Both the position numbers and the translations under genes were made by a program. A stretch of DNA of 64,000 nt from Setoptus koraiensis (taxonomy: Eukaryota > Animalia > Arthropoda), in the NCBI GenBank assembly GCA_048013815.1, contig CM106586.1, positions 5,146,001 through 5,210,000 on the forward strand, in the 5' to 3' direction. The notes beneath the pieces were generated by a model that did no database searches, was not told where the DNA came from, and was given only the letters and a program-made list of their open reading frames with translations. Shown piece after piece: positions 22,442 through 35,927 of the stretch. Each line of letters begins with the position of its first letter. Position 1 is the first letter of the stretch.

Positions 22442-25400
22442 TTACATTCTTCTTTGTTGCCCTCTCTCCATCTCTGTATTTTTCAAACATTTCATATTGC
22501 ACCGATGGACTGTTGTTTGTTGTTGTACCTGTTGCAGGCTCTGTTGTCTATGCTGCTGCAGCTGTTGTTGTTGTTGTTGTTGCTGGTAATGATGGACGAG
22601 ATGATGTGGATGCTGTTGCTCTTGCTGATATAGTAGTTGCTGATGTTGATGCTGGTGTGCAGGTAGCGAGGGTGCATGATGAGCGTGTAGGTGACGAGGC
22701 AGCGTACCCGATGTAATGGCACCACTTGACACTAGCAAGGCGCCCTGTTCTTTTTGATTAAGCGCCTGTTGCTTGAGCAATAGGTTACCACTACTCATAC
22801 TGCTAGATAACAATAATTGTTGTTGGTGCTGTTGCTGCTGTTGTTGTTGTTGATGATGATGATGGTGGTGGTGATGATGCTGTTGGCGATGGTGATGGTG
22901 TTGTTGCTGCTGTTGTAGCTGCTGCTGTTGTAGCTGCTGCTGTTGTAGTTGCTGCTGCTGTTGTTGTTGTTGGTGATGATGGAGGTGATGATGTGAATGC
23001 TGCTGCGGCTGCTGATATAGCTGTTGCGTGATTATTGCCGATTGTTGTTGCTGCTGTGGCTGATGAGCGGGCAGCGGGGGCGGAAGATGAGCGTACAGGT
23101 GACGAGGCAGCGTGCCCGATGAGATGGAGCCGTTGGACACTAATAAGGAACCCTGCTCCTGATCGTTGAGCGCCTGTTGCTTGATCAACAAGTTACCACT
23201 ACTCATACTGCTCGATAAAGATAGTTGCTGCTGCTTCTGGCGGTGGTGCTGTTGTTTTTGTTGTAGTTGTTGCTGCAGTTGTAGCTGTTGCTGTTGTAGT
23301 TGCTGCTGTTGCTTCTGTTGCTGTAGTTGTTGTTGCTGCTGTAGTTGTTGTTTCTGTTGTAGTTGTTGTTGCAGTTGTTGTTGCATTTGCTGTTTTTGTT
23401 GTTGTTGTTGTTGTAGCTGTTGTTGCTGTAGTTGTTGTTGTTGCTGCTGTTGTTGTATTTGCTGCTGTTGTAGTTGTTGTTGTTGCTGCTGCTGTTGTTG
23501 CTGCTGCTGTTGTTGCTGCTGCTGTTGGTGGTGTTGTTGAAGAGCACCATTTTGAAGCGCCGAGCTGCTGCTTAAACGATGGGCCGCCTGGGCCACTTTG
23601 TTGGCGCTCGGCGTTGACGGATGCCGCGATCCGATCACGGGTGGTGGCGGCGGAGGCGGCGGTCCATCTAGCGGTGGTGGTGGCGGTGGTCGTGCATCAA
23701 CCAGCGCTGATGACGTCAGTTGCGTTCCGGCCGGCGGGGGCGGTAGGGGCCCGACGAGCGGTGGTGGTGGCGGTGGTGGCGGTTCAACCAGCGGCGGCGG
23801 TAACGGTCCGAATGGAGCAGGCGGTTCGACCAGGGGTTCCAGACTGGCAGAGTTGGGTAGCACTTTGTTAACTGGTGTTGAGCCATGATTCTGTTTAGGA
23901 TTCGCCTCTTGACTGGGGGGACTGTCGCTATTCTTCCTGTTATTGGGTGTCGCTGCATTATTAGACGACTTGAAGTTGATCTTGGCGGACACTGCGGGTG
24001 GCGGCGGTGGTGGCGGTGGCGGCGGCGGCGGTCCAGCCATCGGGGGCGGTGGCGGAGGTGGAGCCGGCGCTGTCGGCGCTTCAACCACCGGTGGCGGTGG
24101 TGGAGGCGTTGCCGGCTGTTGAACTATCGGTGGCGGCGGCGGCGCGGGTGCCGGAGGTTCCGGTGCGGCTGGCGTCTGTTGCGTATGCGGTCGCTGCCCG
24201 ACCATTGATGGCGGTGGCGGCGGAGGAGGAGGCGGCGGTGGTGGCGGAGGTGGCGCTGTTTGCACGGGGGCGCCTTGAGCAGTTTCTTGGTGTTTTTGTT
24301 TGTCCTCTTGTTGTTGGTCCTGTTGCTGCTGTTGCTGCTGCTGGTTGAATTGCTGATAATCGTGGCTGGTGACAACCATGGACTTGACTCGCGCAACGCG
24401 CGTCAGCGTGGTTGACGGGTCCCGCTTGGGCGGCTTAGGCGGCTGGACGTTCTTGCGTCTTCCGAGCGTGGCCACCAGTTGCTGATGAAGAGCCACTGCC
24501 GGATCCGTTGCGGTGGGCATCATTGTGAACGGCCTAGTTGCAGTTCGAGCAGCTGACAGTCTTGGCATTGTTGAAAATGTAGACGGTGGCACAGTATCAG
24601 CATGATCAGCATCGTGTCGCCGCTGTTGGTTATCGCGTGATAATCGCTCAGGCGACAATGGTTGTTTGTTTGGCGCTGGCTCTTGTTGTTGTTGCTGCTG
24701 TTGCTGTTGTTGTTGTTGCTGCTGCTGCAGCTGTTGATGTTGCTGTTGATGTTGCTGCTGTCCGGCCGACTTTGACCTTGGCATGGTGGACACGCCGAGC
24801 GCCGCACAAGAGTATGAGTTGGTGGGAAGCGGCGGCGGCGTCGCTATGGTCAGTGTGACTTTGTTGCCAGATTGACGAATCAATTGGACCACATACTCAT
24901 GGCTTGACAGTCGCACATCAAGATCATTGACCGCCACTAGGAAATCACCTCTCCTTAGTCCGGCCTGTTCGGCCACACTGCCCGCTTCTATCTCATCCAG
25001 ATATTGGAAACTGGCCAAATTGTTGGCCGCCAAAACGTCCATATCTATTCTTGTCTCACCTAGGGTACCATTGTTGTTGGCCAGCGTGGTGACGCTGTTG
25101 CTGTTGTTGTTGCTGTTGTTGATCTTTGCGCCGCGCAGCACAAAGCCGAAACCATTATTGGACCTTATTAGTGTCACTCGCGATTGCGAAGGACCATTGC
25201 ATTGATTAGTGGTGCTGCTGCCGATAGTGATAGTAGTAGTTGGTGCTGTTTGTTGCTGTTGACTAGTTGCGGTTTCCTGAGAACAAGAAGACAAGCGGCC
25301 AACAGCCGCTGATGCGGCCGTGTTGCCCGAAATAGGAGAAGTGTTGCTCGAAGTAGGAGAAGTGTTTGAAGCAGTAGTAATAGTGGTGGTGGTTGTAGTA

Positions 25401-28400
25401 GTAACAGTGGTGGTCATCACGGCGCTGTTGGTATTGGAGTTACAATCGGTGGTTATGCCAGTGTGCTGCTGCTGCTGCGGCTGTTGCGGATGAACAATGG
25501 CTGGAATGGGCGCCCTACGAGCCAGATTATATTTGGGCCTCTCGCGGAACGTTCGCACCATTTCCGGTTTGTGTGACTCAATCAATTGGGCCAATTGTAT
25601 GTTGCCCGATATAATGGCCACCTGATGAGGATTTTGGTGGCTATTATTGGTTATATTTGGCGAACAGCCGCGCATTAATAATATCTTGGCACAGTTCGTG
25701 CGGTCATTGATGGCGGCCACATGTAGCGGTGTGTTGCCTATGGGACGGTTACCAGCAATATTTGTGATCGCAGCCAGCAATATTTGTGATGGCAACAATG
25801 TTTGATTAATAACAACAATATGTTAAAAGTTTGTTGTTGTTCGTTGTCAGGTGATTATTAATGGTTATTAATGAGAATAATTAACGACGATTAATTACGG
25901 TTTGCATGGGTGGTAGTGAGAGCATGAGTGGCAAAGGTAAGTGAGTAAAAGTGACCAGCAAGTGACCAGCGAATGGCAGTGGTAGCCTTGGCTGTTAGTG
26001 TGTGCGCCTGTATCAAACAAGGGTCCTGACACACACAGAAAGATCGAGATAGATAGACAAACGGGAGTGGAGGCGTCGTTCAACAACTCACCTGAGCCAG
26101 TGATTTTGGCATTCATATCACAACCGTAGTAGAGTAGTTGCTCCAAGTGAGCGTCAAGTCCCAATTTGCAGGCCTACACACAAAATTGTTTGTGTTTGTT
26201 TGTTTGTTTATTTATTACCATACACATTGGTGGATGTCGTGTTGTTGACCAATGGTTATGGTCCGAACAGCCAGCAAGCGATCATAAGAGAAAGACAGGG
26301 GAGAGAGAGAGAGAGTTTATTTGGTTAGTTGGTGGTAAAATGGTTTGGATGATTGATTAATGTTTCTCGACTGGCCGGCCAGTTTGCGAGGCCATATTGA
26401 TGGCTTAAGAGTATCAGATGAGGAGCTTCTTATGTTGACCGGCAGGCCGATAAGCACAAAAGCAGCGACAACACGCCAGCAACAATAACGGCTCCGAGAT
26501 GCCTCGTCGCACTAAAAACGAACGGACTGGCAACTGGACGACCAACTACCAGATTGAGATAAAGTACAAGTTGCAACGATTAAACAGAGACACAGAGCTG
26601 CTGCTGGTGCCTGTGTTGTATTTAGCTTGGCCCGTTTAGTGTTCACTGTGTTTCTACCGAAGCCTAGTGTGTTAGTTTAAGTTGAAAAGTGACGCATTCC
26701 CTCTGATACAAGTGACGCAAGACAGCAGCAACAACAACAACATTAACAACAAGAGGAATCTTCCCACTGTGTGTCTATGTGTGCATTGTGTTTGACCGAA
26801 GACAAACGTTGCAATGTGTCGAGACACGGAGAGAGAGAGAGAGAGACATGGAAATAGAACCAACTGAAATCAATTGTTGCAAGAATTTGCATAAGAATAA
26901 AACTATGATAGCAAACACTGCGAATAATAATTGCATGCGCAAGCTGGGCAACTAATCTCCCATTGGACTTGATCTGGCGTTGTCGTCTGCTAGAGCCAGC
27001 TCCGACAAGACTGCGACCGAGTGAGCATGATTGAACATGAACGTAACAACGGACAAATTGAGAGGAGTAACTGACCAGCGTGCCTGAAACACACCGCTGA
27101 TGATGCGCGCAGGACAGATGCCAGATAGTCGAGTTAATCTGGACAGCGCAGGAGAGTGATTAACGACGACGACGACGACGACCGGCGCAGCGATGCTAGC
27201 AATGCTAATGGCGATGATGCAAGAATGTGTGCTTACCTGGTGGACCTCTTGCCAGCCGTGCTGGTCTATGACGCCATGAATTGAATGCTCATGCAACAGT
27301 AGCTGCGTTATCTTGATGTTTGACGAATACAAAATGGAATAATATAACGGAGTCAGGCCGTTTGAGTCTCGGTAGTTGGAAGTGGCACCTGTTGTGTTTT
27401 TGCAGTTGCGTTGCAGCAGTTGCGCCAATGGTAAATATATCGTCGTCCATTGACGATTGAGAGCGACAGAATGTGTGCCAAGTGTGCCAAGTGTGTGTGT
27501 GCGTTGGGCGGTGTGATATGTTAAAATGATAAGAATATTATTAGATAGTGAAGTAGAGAGATAGATGGGTTAGGCACTATTTTTGGCAAATGGACAAAAT
27601 ATAATTGAAAACATGGAAGAGAAGGTGATAATAATACGGTAATCAATAGGTAGCGGCGATCAAGTGTGAAGAGGCTAATGACGAGCCAACATCACGATGA
27701 TAGTGGTTCCATGAATAAAACGACGACCGGCAAATGGGCAAGTGGGTAGCTGGGCCGAATAATGACCAATGAAACACCACCGGACCAATAATAGCAGCAT
27801 TGCCAGTCTTGGCCAGTTGATAGTGCCAGTTTATCGGGTGACCAACATAGCCAGACAGGCGGACGCAGACACTTGTTGCTGTCAAAGTCAAAGCCAGCGA
27901 GGGAGAGAGAAAGGTCAGCCGGAGGCAGCAATGACCCAATATGATCAATAATAGATCTCTCTGCACCACTGGCTCAATAACAACAGCTTGGTAAAATTAA
28001 TCATTATAAAACCAATAGTTGATTGGTTCTGGACACAGCGCTGGCTATCGCAAGTCGGAGGAGTATGAAAAGAATGAAAATATAACTATAGAGTAATTGA
28101 TTTTCTCAACAACAAAAACAACAACAGCAATTCTCTCATTCATTTCTTATGCGCTCTCGGCTCGCTCTCTCTCGGCTCTCTCTCTCTCTCTCCCTCTCTT
28201 GTCTTGCCTTGCATTGCATCAGCCTTGTCTATTTCTTGCTCTCTATGCTCCTTTATTATTACGCCATTTTACAAGAATATCAGCAGCACACATCATATGC
28301 TGCGGCCACAATTAGTATTGGCCACAGGTTATTAGTAGTTGCACACTGGAATTCAAAGATTGCTTGCCAATCTTTCCATCATCATTTCGAGATACAACCG

Positions 28401-31400
28401 CACACATACGCTAGTGGCCAAGTGCAGAGAGATCGGCTCATCTTCGCACAATCCGTCCTTCGAAGTCTTATTAGTGTCGACGCTACGACGGAACTAACTT
28501 TGAAGAGAGCTAGCCGCAGACACCGGAGTTTATGTAACACGACGAGATGGAAGCAATGGGACCAGTGCTTAACATCCACTGACACGTCGAGCCGGCCGAG
28601 CCTGTCGATAGAGGTATGTTGGTCAAATGAGTGGTGGGCGCCTTTCTCTCTCTCTCTCTCTCTCTCTCCCTCTAATGAATAACTCATGAGCGGACGCCGG
28701 TTGTGATGCATCATCGCAGCAGCGGTTGAGCTTGCGCCAGGAGAGAGAGAGAAAATAGCCGCGAGCTCGGAATATCTACCTACTTATTACTTTTCATTGA
28801 TACTCCCTCTAAATGTGCGCCTGGGTATCATGAGAAGAGAATATCAGTCTCCGTGCCATGAATGCTCACTCATTGGGCAGCAACAACATTAACTCTAGCA
28901 AATGTTGTAATCAATTACTCATTTCATAACTGTTACTAACTGGAATAAATTCATTAGTTAGTGGCTACAACGGACGTAACTAACACCATAACATACGCAC
29001 ATTTACAAAATTGATGATACTTTCGAGAGTAGATAGACATTTCAGGCCAACTAACCAACTTAATGTTAGCGTGACAAATGCATCTTCCTATTTCCGATTG
29101 ACAATGAGCCCATTGATTGCCAATATGAGCGCTGCGATCGGTCACTACGTGAATGCCAGCCAAGCTAGCCAGACACACGACAAAAAGCCGCAACGTCATT
29201 GTGCGACCTATTGGGTGGTTGGTTCAGCGCCCCTTATCGTAACGTTGCAAATTGGCAAGTAAAGAGGCTCAGCCGTTTAGTAGTTAACTGTAACCATTAG
29301 GCCATCATTTGATCACTGTCAGCATGATGTGTGTGTTCACTTGTTAGTCGCTATCGCAATAGTAAAATGAGTGTCGTTGATGACTAAAGAGTTCACCAAG
29401 TAACGTAATGATCGTTTGGTCGTCTCAACTTGTCCTAACGGTCTATTTGCTATGTGAAGAGTTGGTTGGTCGGAACATGTATTTGGCTCACCTTTTATTG
29501 CCCAACAACGACAACAGCAACACAACTATTAACAACAAGCTAGACTAATAATTAAGTTCAGCTTCAATCTGCTAAATTGAGCTGACCATCATAGTGCATA
29601 TGGCTGCTGGCTCTCACAGGTTACTCGTTAGCTGCTGGCAATCATTAACAGTTACTTTTCGATATAGGTGTATCAGAATTTATCTAGCCATGCCTAACTA
29701 TATCTAGCTGATCGCTAGTATAGTTAGATGATCGCTACATCGCATCCTGACCGTTTCGATGATCAACATCCGGAATTTTGACTGCTCGTCATCATCAACA
29801 CTGCGTACACTGTTTGCGCAAAGTTCAACAAGGGATGCAAATTCGCCAAGCTATAGATGAGAGATTTTGATGCTGTCTCAAAAAGTTTAATTAAAATAAT
29901 TCAAAAAAGTTGCCACTGTTAATGTTTCGCTATGCCTGTCTTTGTTGATAAATAACAGGATATAAGGGAGTGTGCATATGACGCGTTCACTAGCCTACCA
30001 ACTAGCCAGTTTTCTCTAACTCTCTCCGTTTCTTTATATCTGATAGCACTAGTGGATGATTAAGGGGCTGATATACAACAACTATTGAATTGATGTGCAA
30101 CTGATGCAAACATCAAACGAACCACATAAACCATATAAACCGTGCAAATAACCACTGAATAACAGTGAGCACGCAACCAAATTCGGGTAGCGCATCTTAA
30201 TCATTGTGTCAGTCAGTCGTTGTGTTGCTTCTGGCAAGGCCCAAATCATCTCTACTACTAATTTTCTAACTGACCTTACCACACACTACCGCATTTGCCT
30301 TGGCTCTTTCACTCTTTTATACTGTTCAATTAGATAGAAACGAATAAGTAGAAGTTTGCTACTTGGTGACACGCAACAACAGATCGTGCACTCTACTATA
30401 TTATTCCTCCATTGAATAAATCCATTACTAGCTAACCATCTCCGCTCATGTATTCATTCGTTCGTATAAAATGAGAAAGTGAACCACAAATGTAATAAGC
30501 TAGCAGCAACAAAAACAACAACAAATAAAACTTTCAACTGAGTAGTGATCTTGGTGCTGATGGCAAGATAATTGTGTGACATGTATCTACTAATTATCTA
30601 CTCCTACTCGCTTTTGTAATGGTAAACTTAATGAGATTAATGTTGCAACCAAACCACTACTAGCCACGCAGCTGAGAGCTAAGAGAGACATAGCCAGCAA
30701 TAAATAGTAGGCTAGGTATCATCAAAAGAGAGTTACATTTTTTGTCCTTCTTTTTTGTTTGTTTGTTTGTTGATTCTGGTTCTTAAAACTTCTCTCTATG
30801 CTGTTAAAACTACCACTGCTTCTCTACTTTGTATGATGAATCATCAATTTTTTGCCCTATTTAAGCCTCTTTCTTTTTCATACTGAAAAACTATTCCATT
30901 GTGATGTGATCTGTTCTTATAAATTTATCATCATCGATGGCGTGATCCGTCTCGACTACCAGTTGACTTGCCAATCGTCCCGCCTAAACATAGGTTAGAC
31001 GATACACGCCGGTTCGATTGCCGCATCGACTTAGCGAGCGTCGTCAGCACCGCCTCTTCCTTCTCTAATCTATCTAGCTAGAAATCAAATCGATTACAAC
31101 TACAACTAATCATATTACATAAAGCATAAGCGGCAATGGGAAGTGGAGATGCTTCTAAACATTGCTGCTAACTGAATTCCGCCTGCCTATTTGTAAATAA
31201 TAACGACGACGAGGACGAAATATAAACATGGTGGTAGAGAGCGGCGATGGTGGCATTTTTCAAGCAAAAACAAATAATATTCGCCAACGGAGAGAAAAAG
31301 ATCACCATGGCAGCTTAGATGGGCGAGTAGTAATGGTGAAGTGGATTGAATGGAATTGGTCAAAATCTATCTGTCAGTTGGTCCACTTTTGTATTTGGTG

Positions 31401-34400
31401 AGTCCTGATTGATCGATTGTAACCGTTTCAGACACACAATCCCATTGGCCTATTGCCGCATAGCCACTCGCGCCACTATCTCAATAAGGATAATAATGAT
31501 GCTGCTATCAGAGTGACCGTTACGAGAAGCGCTTCACAACAGCAAGATTCCCGACTTGGAAACATCATCAATGATGGTTTGTTTGCTGCTGTCGTTTGTT
31601 TGCCGTGTACCATTTGTTGTTTGCTGCTCAATAATATCTGACTGCTTACAACAACATGGATCGAAACTAATTAATATAGAAATTTAGTCTAGTCATTGTA
31701 ATATTGATTTGATATGCATGGCATATCTAATCAATATTAAACTACCGGGGAGCATAGAATCAGACAAATGTGTAGATAATGTGCGGTGGAACTTAACAGT
31801 GTCTCGCTGGACGAACTATGATAAACATTTGTTAGTAGGTTTGTTATAGATGGTGCATTGTTTGTGAGTCAATAAAGGAAAAGTATATAAAAAACAAAAC
31901 TATTGACCAGCCATTTGGAGGTGTGTTTGTTGTGTAGGGCAAAATGAAAGAGTTGTTCCTCAGCATCATTTAACAACAACAACAACAATAACGATATTTG
32001 CCATAGCATGATAATCGATGGCATTAGCGCGCGTATAAGTGGAATTTGTATTTGTTTGCCATCAGATAAACTAATAATTATTGGTTGTAGTAACAAGCTT
32101 AAACTTACCTAAATCCAGTAGGGTCTTCAATGCAACATAGTTGGACTTTTGTGCAGCCGTGTGCAATGCCGTTCTGCCGTCATGATTGCGGAAATCAAGT
32201 ATGGCGCCCGCATTAGCCAAAGCCACTAATATTTGTTGTACTGAGTTTGGCGAGGCTTCCAACGAGGCTTGGCATGATGATGCCAGGCTAAGCGGACTTT
32301 CGCCAATACTCGACGAGTCTTCAGAAATGAAATTGGGATCACAATCTGTCAATAATTTATTAATTCTACTCAAACTGTAATCTTGTATTGCATCAATTAG
32401 TTTCGATCGCTTGCGCCTTTGTCGTGTGGAGTTACCTAATAATTTGTTATTGTTGTGCATGTGTGTGCATGCGAAATACAAATATAATAAACATAATTTG
32501 ACATTAGCAACAAAGGACCTAGAAATGGATGATTGCACTACGCCGCAATAACAAGTTGCCTAGTCAATTTGTATGACGAAAGACTATTTTTTGGTCTATT
32601 TTTTAGTGCTTACCTCCAGCGAACGTGGATGTCATCGAGATGTTTCGCTTTTTAAGCTTAAACTCTAGATCTAAGTAATAGCCATTGGGAGAACATATGA
32701 TGGAAAAATAATCTGTCAGAAATAGTTCATCATCAACAAATCTACCTAATGCAAACGAATAAAAGCCATAATTCAAGTAGCTCTGCCAACGCTGTTGACT
32801 GATTGCACTGGCTGATGTATATAAATGATGACGGTGTTTTTTCTTCCTGTTGTTATTGTTGTTGCTTGTGGTGATGGCTGTTGAGCCGCTGTTTCGGCTG
32901 TCATTCTGAGGTGCATGATTATTAACCTTGTTGGTAGAAGCAGCTCTCTTGTTGTTGCCCTGATAAATTGAAGCGCCACCGCTGCTGCCGACGCCATCGG
33001 CTATACCATTATTATTACAGTTAGCAAGATCATTATTACACTTGATCGTGTTACTTAAGATACCATCGATTAGACGCGCCTTAATGTTCCAAAATGTTTC
33101 ATCCACCTGACACTCGATCTCATGCTGCAATCAAATCATCATCATCATGATATAGAAATGATGAGTTATAGAGTAGTTTGCGGGATGAGGCAGGGTAGAG
33201 GAGAGGAGGGTAGTGATGTGATTCATCCAACAGCGCAGCCAAAGTAGTGTTAGTGGTTGTCAGTGGAATTTGTAGAAATAGTAGATGTTGTTGTTGTTGT
33301 TGTGAAGGTTCAGGTGAAGATGTTATAGTTGGACACGGTGACGAGGATAGCATTTTTTTAACGAAGACAGTATTGCGATACCATCGGGCATAGTATGTAA
33401 CACAGATTGATTAAATGCATGCGAAAAGATGGAATTTAACCGCATCATCCACATCAAAAGATGGATGGATAGATAGACGAGCATACGTTCAGTTGGACAG
33501 ATAGACGATGCAAACGTCAGGATTGTTTGTTAGCAGGCATTGTTAAAACATCACACATCACATCACAGCCATCGATTGTATGCATAATCATGGGGTCGAC
33601 GTCATCATCATGTTGCGGCCAAAGTGGTAGAAGTTCATATTTTTATAGTTCAGTTTTGTTTTAATCCAATATTTTGTTATTGTTATTGTTGATGGAAGGA
33701 TAATGTTTTGTTCGTAGTCAAACGGGTGCGAGGAGGGATGCGAAATTGAATTGAAGATGGATGAATGTTATAGTTGTTGTTGTTGTTTTTAGTGCAGAAA
33801 AAAAATACGATTGACGTTGCGTTTCGCAGGTAATATAAGTGATGCAGATGATGGCGATAAATAATAATAATACGGATAGGAGTCGTTTCCAACGGTGAGC
33901 ATCACCACAGTAGGGCAAAATTAGATGATCATTTTCAAGATAATATTTGTTGTTGTGGTTGTCGACCGTTGGTTATGAGGTAGTGGTAGTGATTGTTAAG
34001 TGGTTTTTGGGGGGAAAAAATAAAGGGTAACAATGCAGGTTGTTAGTTGTGTTTTGACGGTAATGTTGATGGTAGCGTAAGAAAATTATATTGTAACAAC
34101 AACGTCATACAATCATAATAGTCATAATAACGATAATAACAACATTACATTATATAGGAAACAAATTATAATAATAATAGGAATAGGAATGTATAAGTTA
34201 AGTGTCTTAATAAATTGGATATCTCATATCTATGTAGATCTTTAATCTAGATTATGGTGCAAATTAGAATAGAGGATTCTAATTTTAACACCAGCATCGC
34301 AGAAACTAAGTAGTTTGCTAAGTTGAAAGAAGGATTAATAGAATGGATCTTATCACCGTTGTGATGTTAATAAGAGAGAGATAGAGGAGCTGATTGATCA

Positions 34401-35927
34401 TGCAAATGAGATGATAAAATCTGTATCTCTGTCTTAAAAAAGGGAGTAGTATTTCACACTTGATTGGCACCATTCATCATCACCAAAGATGTAATAGATC
34501 ATGAGAGCCTTTCTTTTTTTGCTCTTTCCCTCTCTCTCCCTTCCTTTCTCTCTCTCTCCCTCAAAATGACCTTTTAGTGACCAATAGTCATTAAGCACCA
34601 TAGATAGATAAAGGTGGCTTCGTCTGATGAGGTGGAGTACTAACACCAACTAGTTAGGATCTTGATGATAATGTAGTAGAGTGAGTGTGCGAGTGTGTGT
34701 ATTATGAGTGATTATTAGCTTGTTGGCTGAGCTTGAATTATGGCTAGTAAAAGTTTGACACGGATTGGGTGGGATGTTGTGTGTATATAGTGAGACTGTT
34801 TGCTATTGCAAGGGGCTAGAATCTGTACTCGAGATGGAGAGAGTGTCTGTGTGTGTATATGCTTGCAATCTATCCAAGGAGATAAATACTCGTTCTTAGT
34901 GGCATTAGATTGATGAATAGATATTACAGTCAGCTCGCTAGCTTAGTTCTCGCTCGCTTGAGTGAAAGAATGGATGAGAGTGAAATCGCAATGTGCAAAC
35001 TCACAAAAAGACCGCTGAGAACAGAAACTCGCGCTTACACTCACACTTGTATACAAAAACACAATTGGACTAATATGCATAGGCAATTGCAAGCAACTCA
35101 CCAAGCCAATAAGTTTTCTATGGCTAAACAGTGCAATGTGGGCCAGTTGCTTGCAACACCCGATACTAATATATTAGTGTGTAAGTATAGCAGAGTGGAG
35201 AGTTCATTTGTTTGTTTGTTTGTCGAGGGGGGAGGGGGTGGACAGACAAGGGAAAAATATAAGAAAGTTGCTGTTATTATAAGATACTGACCTCAATACG
35301 TAATTCTGGAATGTGTACACGAATAGATGAACGTGTAGGCGCTGTATTACGGTTGTTCACTTGTATTGTAGCACAATCGGCGACTTCTTGGCTTGAGGAA
35401 TACGACACCGATGCAGATGATGATGCCGATGATGATGCCGATGTTGCTGACAAGGATGAAAAAATGTTGGATGATAACTGATGTTGGTCGATATTGGTAT
35501 TATTATTGCGATTATGACTGAATTGAAAATTTTGAAATTCTGCTGCAAGTTGATTAACTAAGATGCTGTTCGAGAAAGTGATATATGGCTCTCTTGGTGT
35601 AATGGTGCAATAATCTTGACTAGAGTTGAGATGATTGTGTGAGGATGATGATGCTGATGATATGGTATCACTGGGTGCGGTACTGATTATGTCATCGCTG
35701 ATGAAAGTAGATGATGATGAAGATGGTTGATGCTGGTGTATGTGACTATAGGGTTGATCAATTGAAGGCGATTTGGCGGAACATTGTTGCGACAATTGGT
35801 CATCGGTAGTTGTTGTTTCAAAATCAGCATCAAATACGGATCCATCAATTTGTTGCCTGATGAGTGTCCAATAGATTATATCTTTGAGATGATCATCGAA
35901 CTTTGTTGCTGTTTGTTCGTCTTCCAT
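22442..35927 (-). CDS. Shank: Shank/Prosap postsynaptic scaffold; exons 35292-35927, 32614-33124, 32109-32435, 27237-27388, 26092-26173, 22442-25737 (1667 aa)
   Basis: All junctions are GT-AG and phase-compatible. Domains: N-terminal ubiquitin-like domain (IRVHIPELRIE|HEIEC...LNYGFY...LEFKLKKR), ankyrin repeats (GESPLSLA, LDFRNHDGRTALH, YRDSNGLTPLY, GWQEVHQ|ACKLG, GNTPLHVAA), PDZ (GFGFVLRGAK...AGLRRGDFL) and the Shank motif PPKRDPSTTLT. Confidence 0.92.
22520..23540 (-). repeat. Coding CAA/CAG/CAT repeats (polyQ/polyH) in the Shank tail, including a 408-bp internal duplication
   Basis: Long Q and H runs; the block SSSMSSGNLLxKQQALN...SGTLPRHL occurs twice (GTTACCACTACTCATACTGCT at 22784 and 23192). 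Confidence 0.9.
23640..24260 (-). repeat. Coding polyproline tracts (CCG/CCA repeats) in Shank
   Basis: Many runs of 6-12 Pro, seen as GGC/GGT repeats on the plus strand. Confidence 0.9.

Noticed and set aside
22323-24858. Poly-Cys, poly-Asn, poly-Val and poly-Gly ORFs on alternative frames
   Set aside because: These are shadows of the Shank polyQ/polyP codon repeats.
33975-33995. TGAGGTAGT let-7-like seed
   Set aside because: The rest of the mature let-7 sequence and a hairpin are absent.
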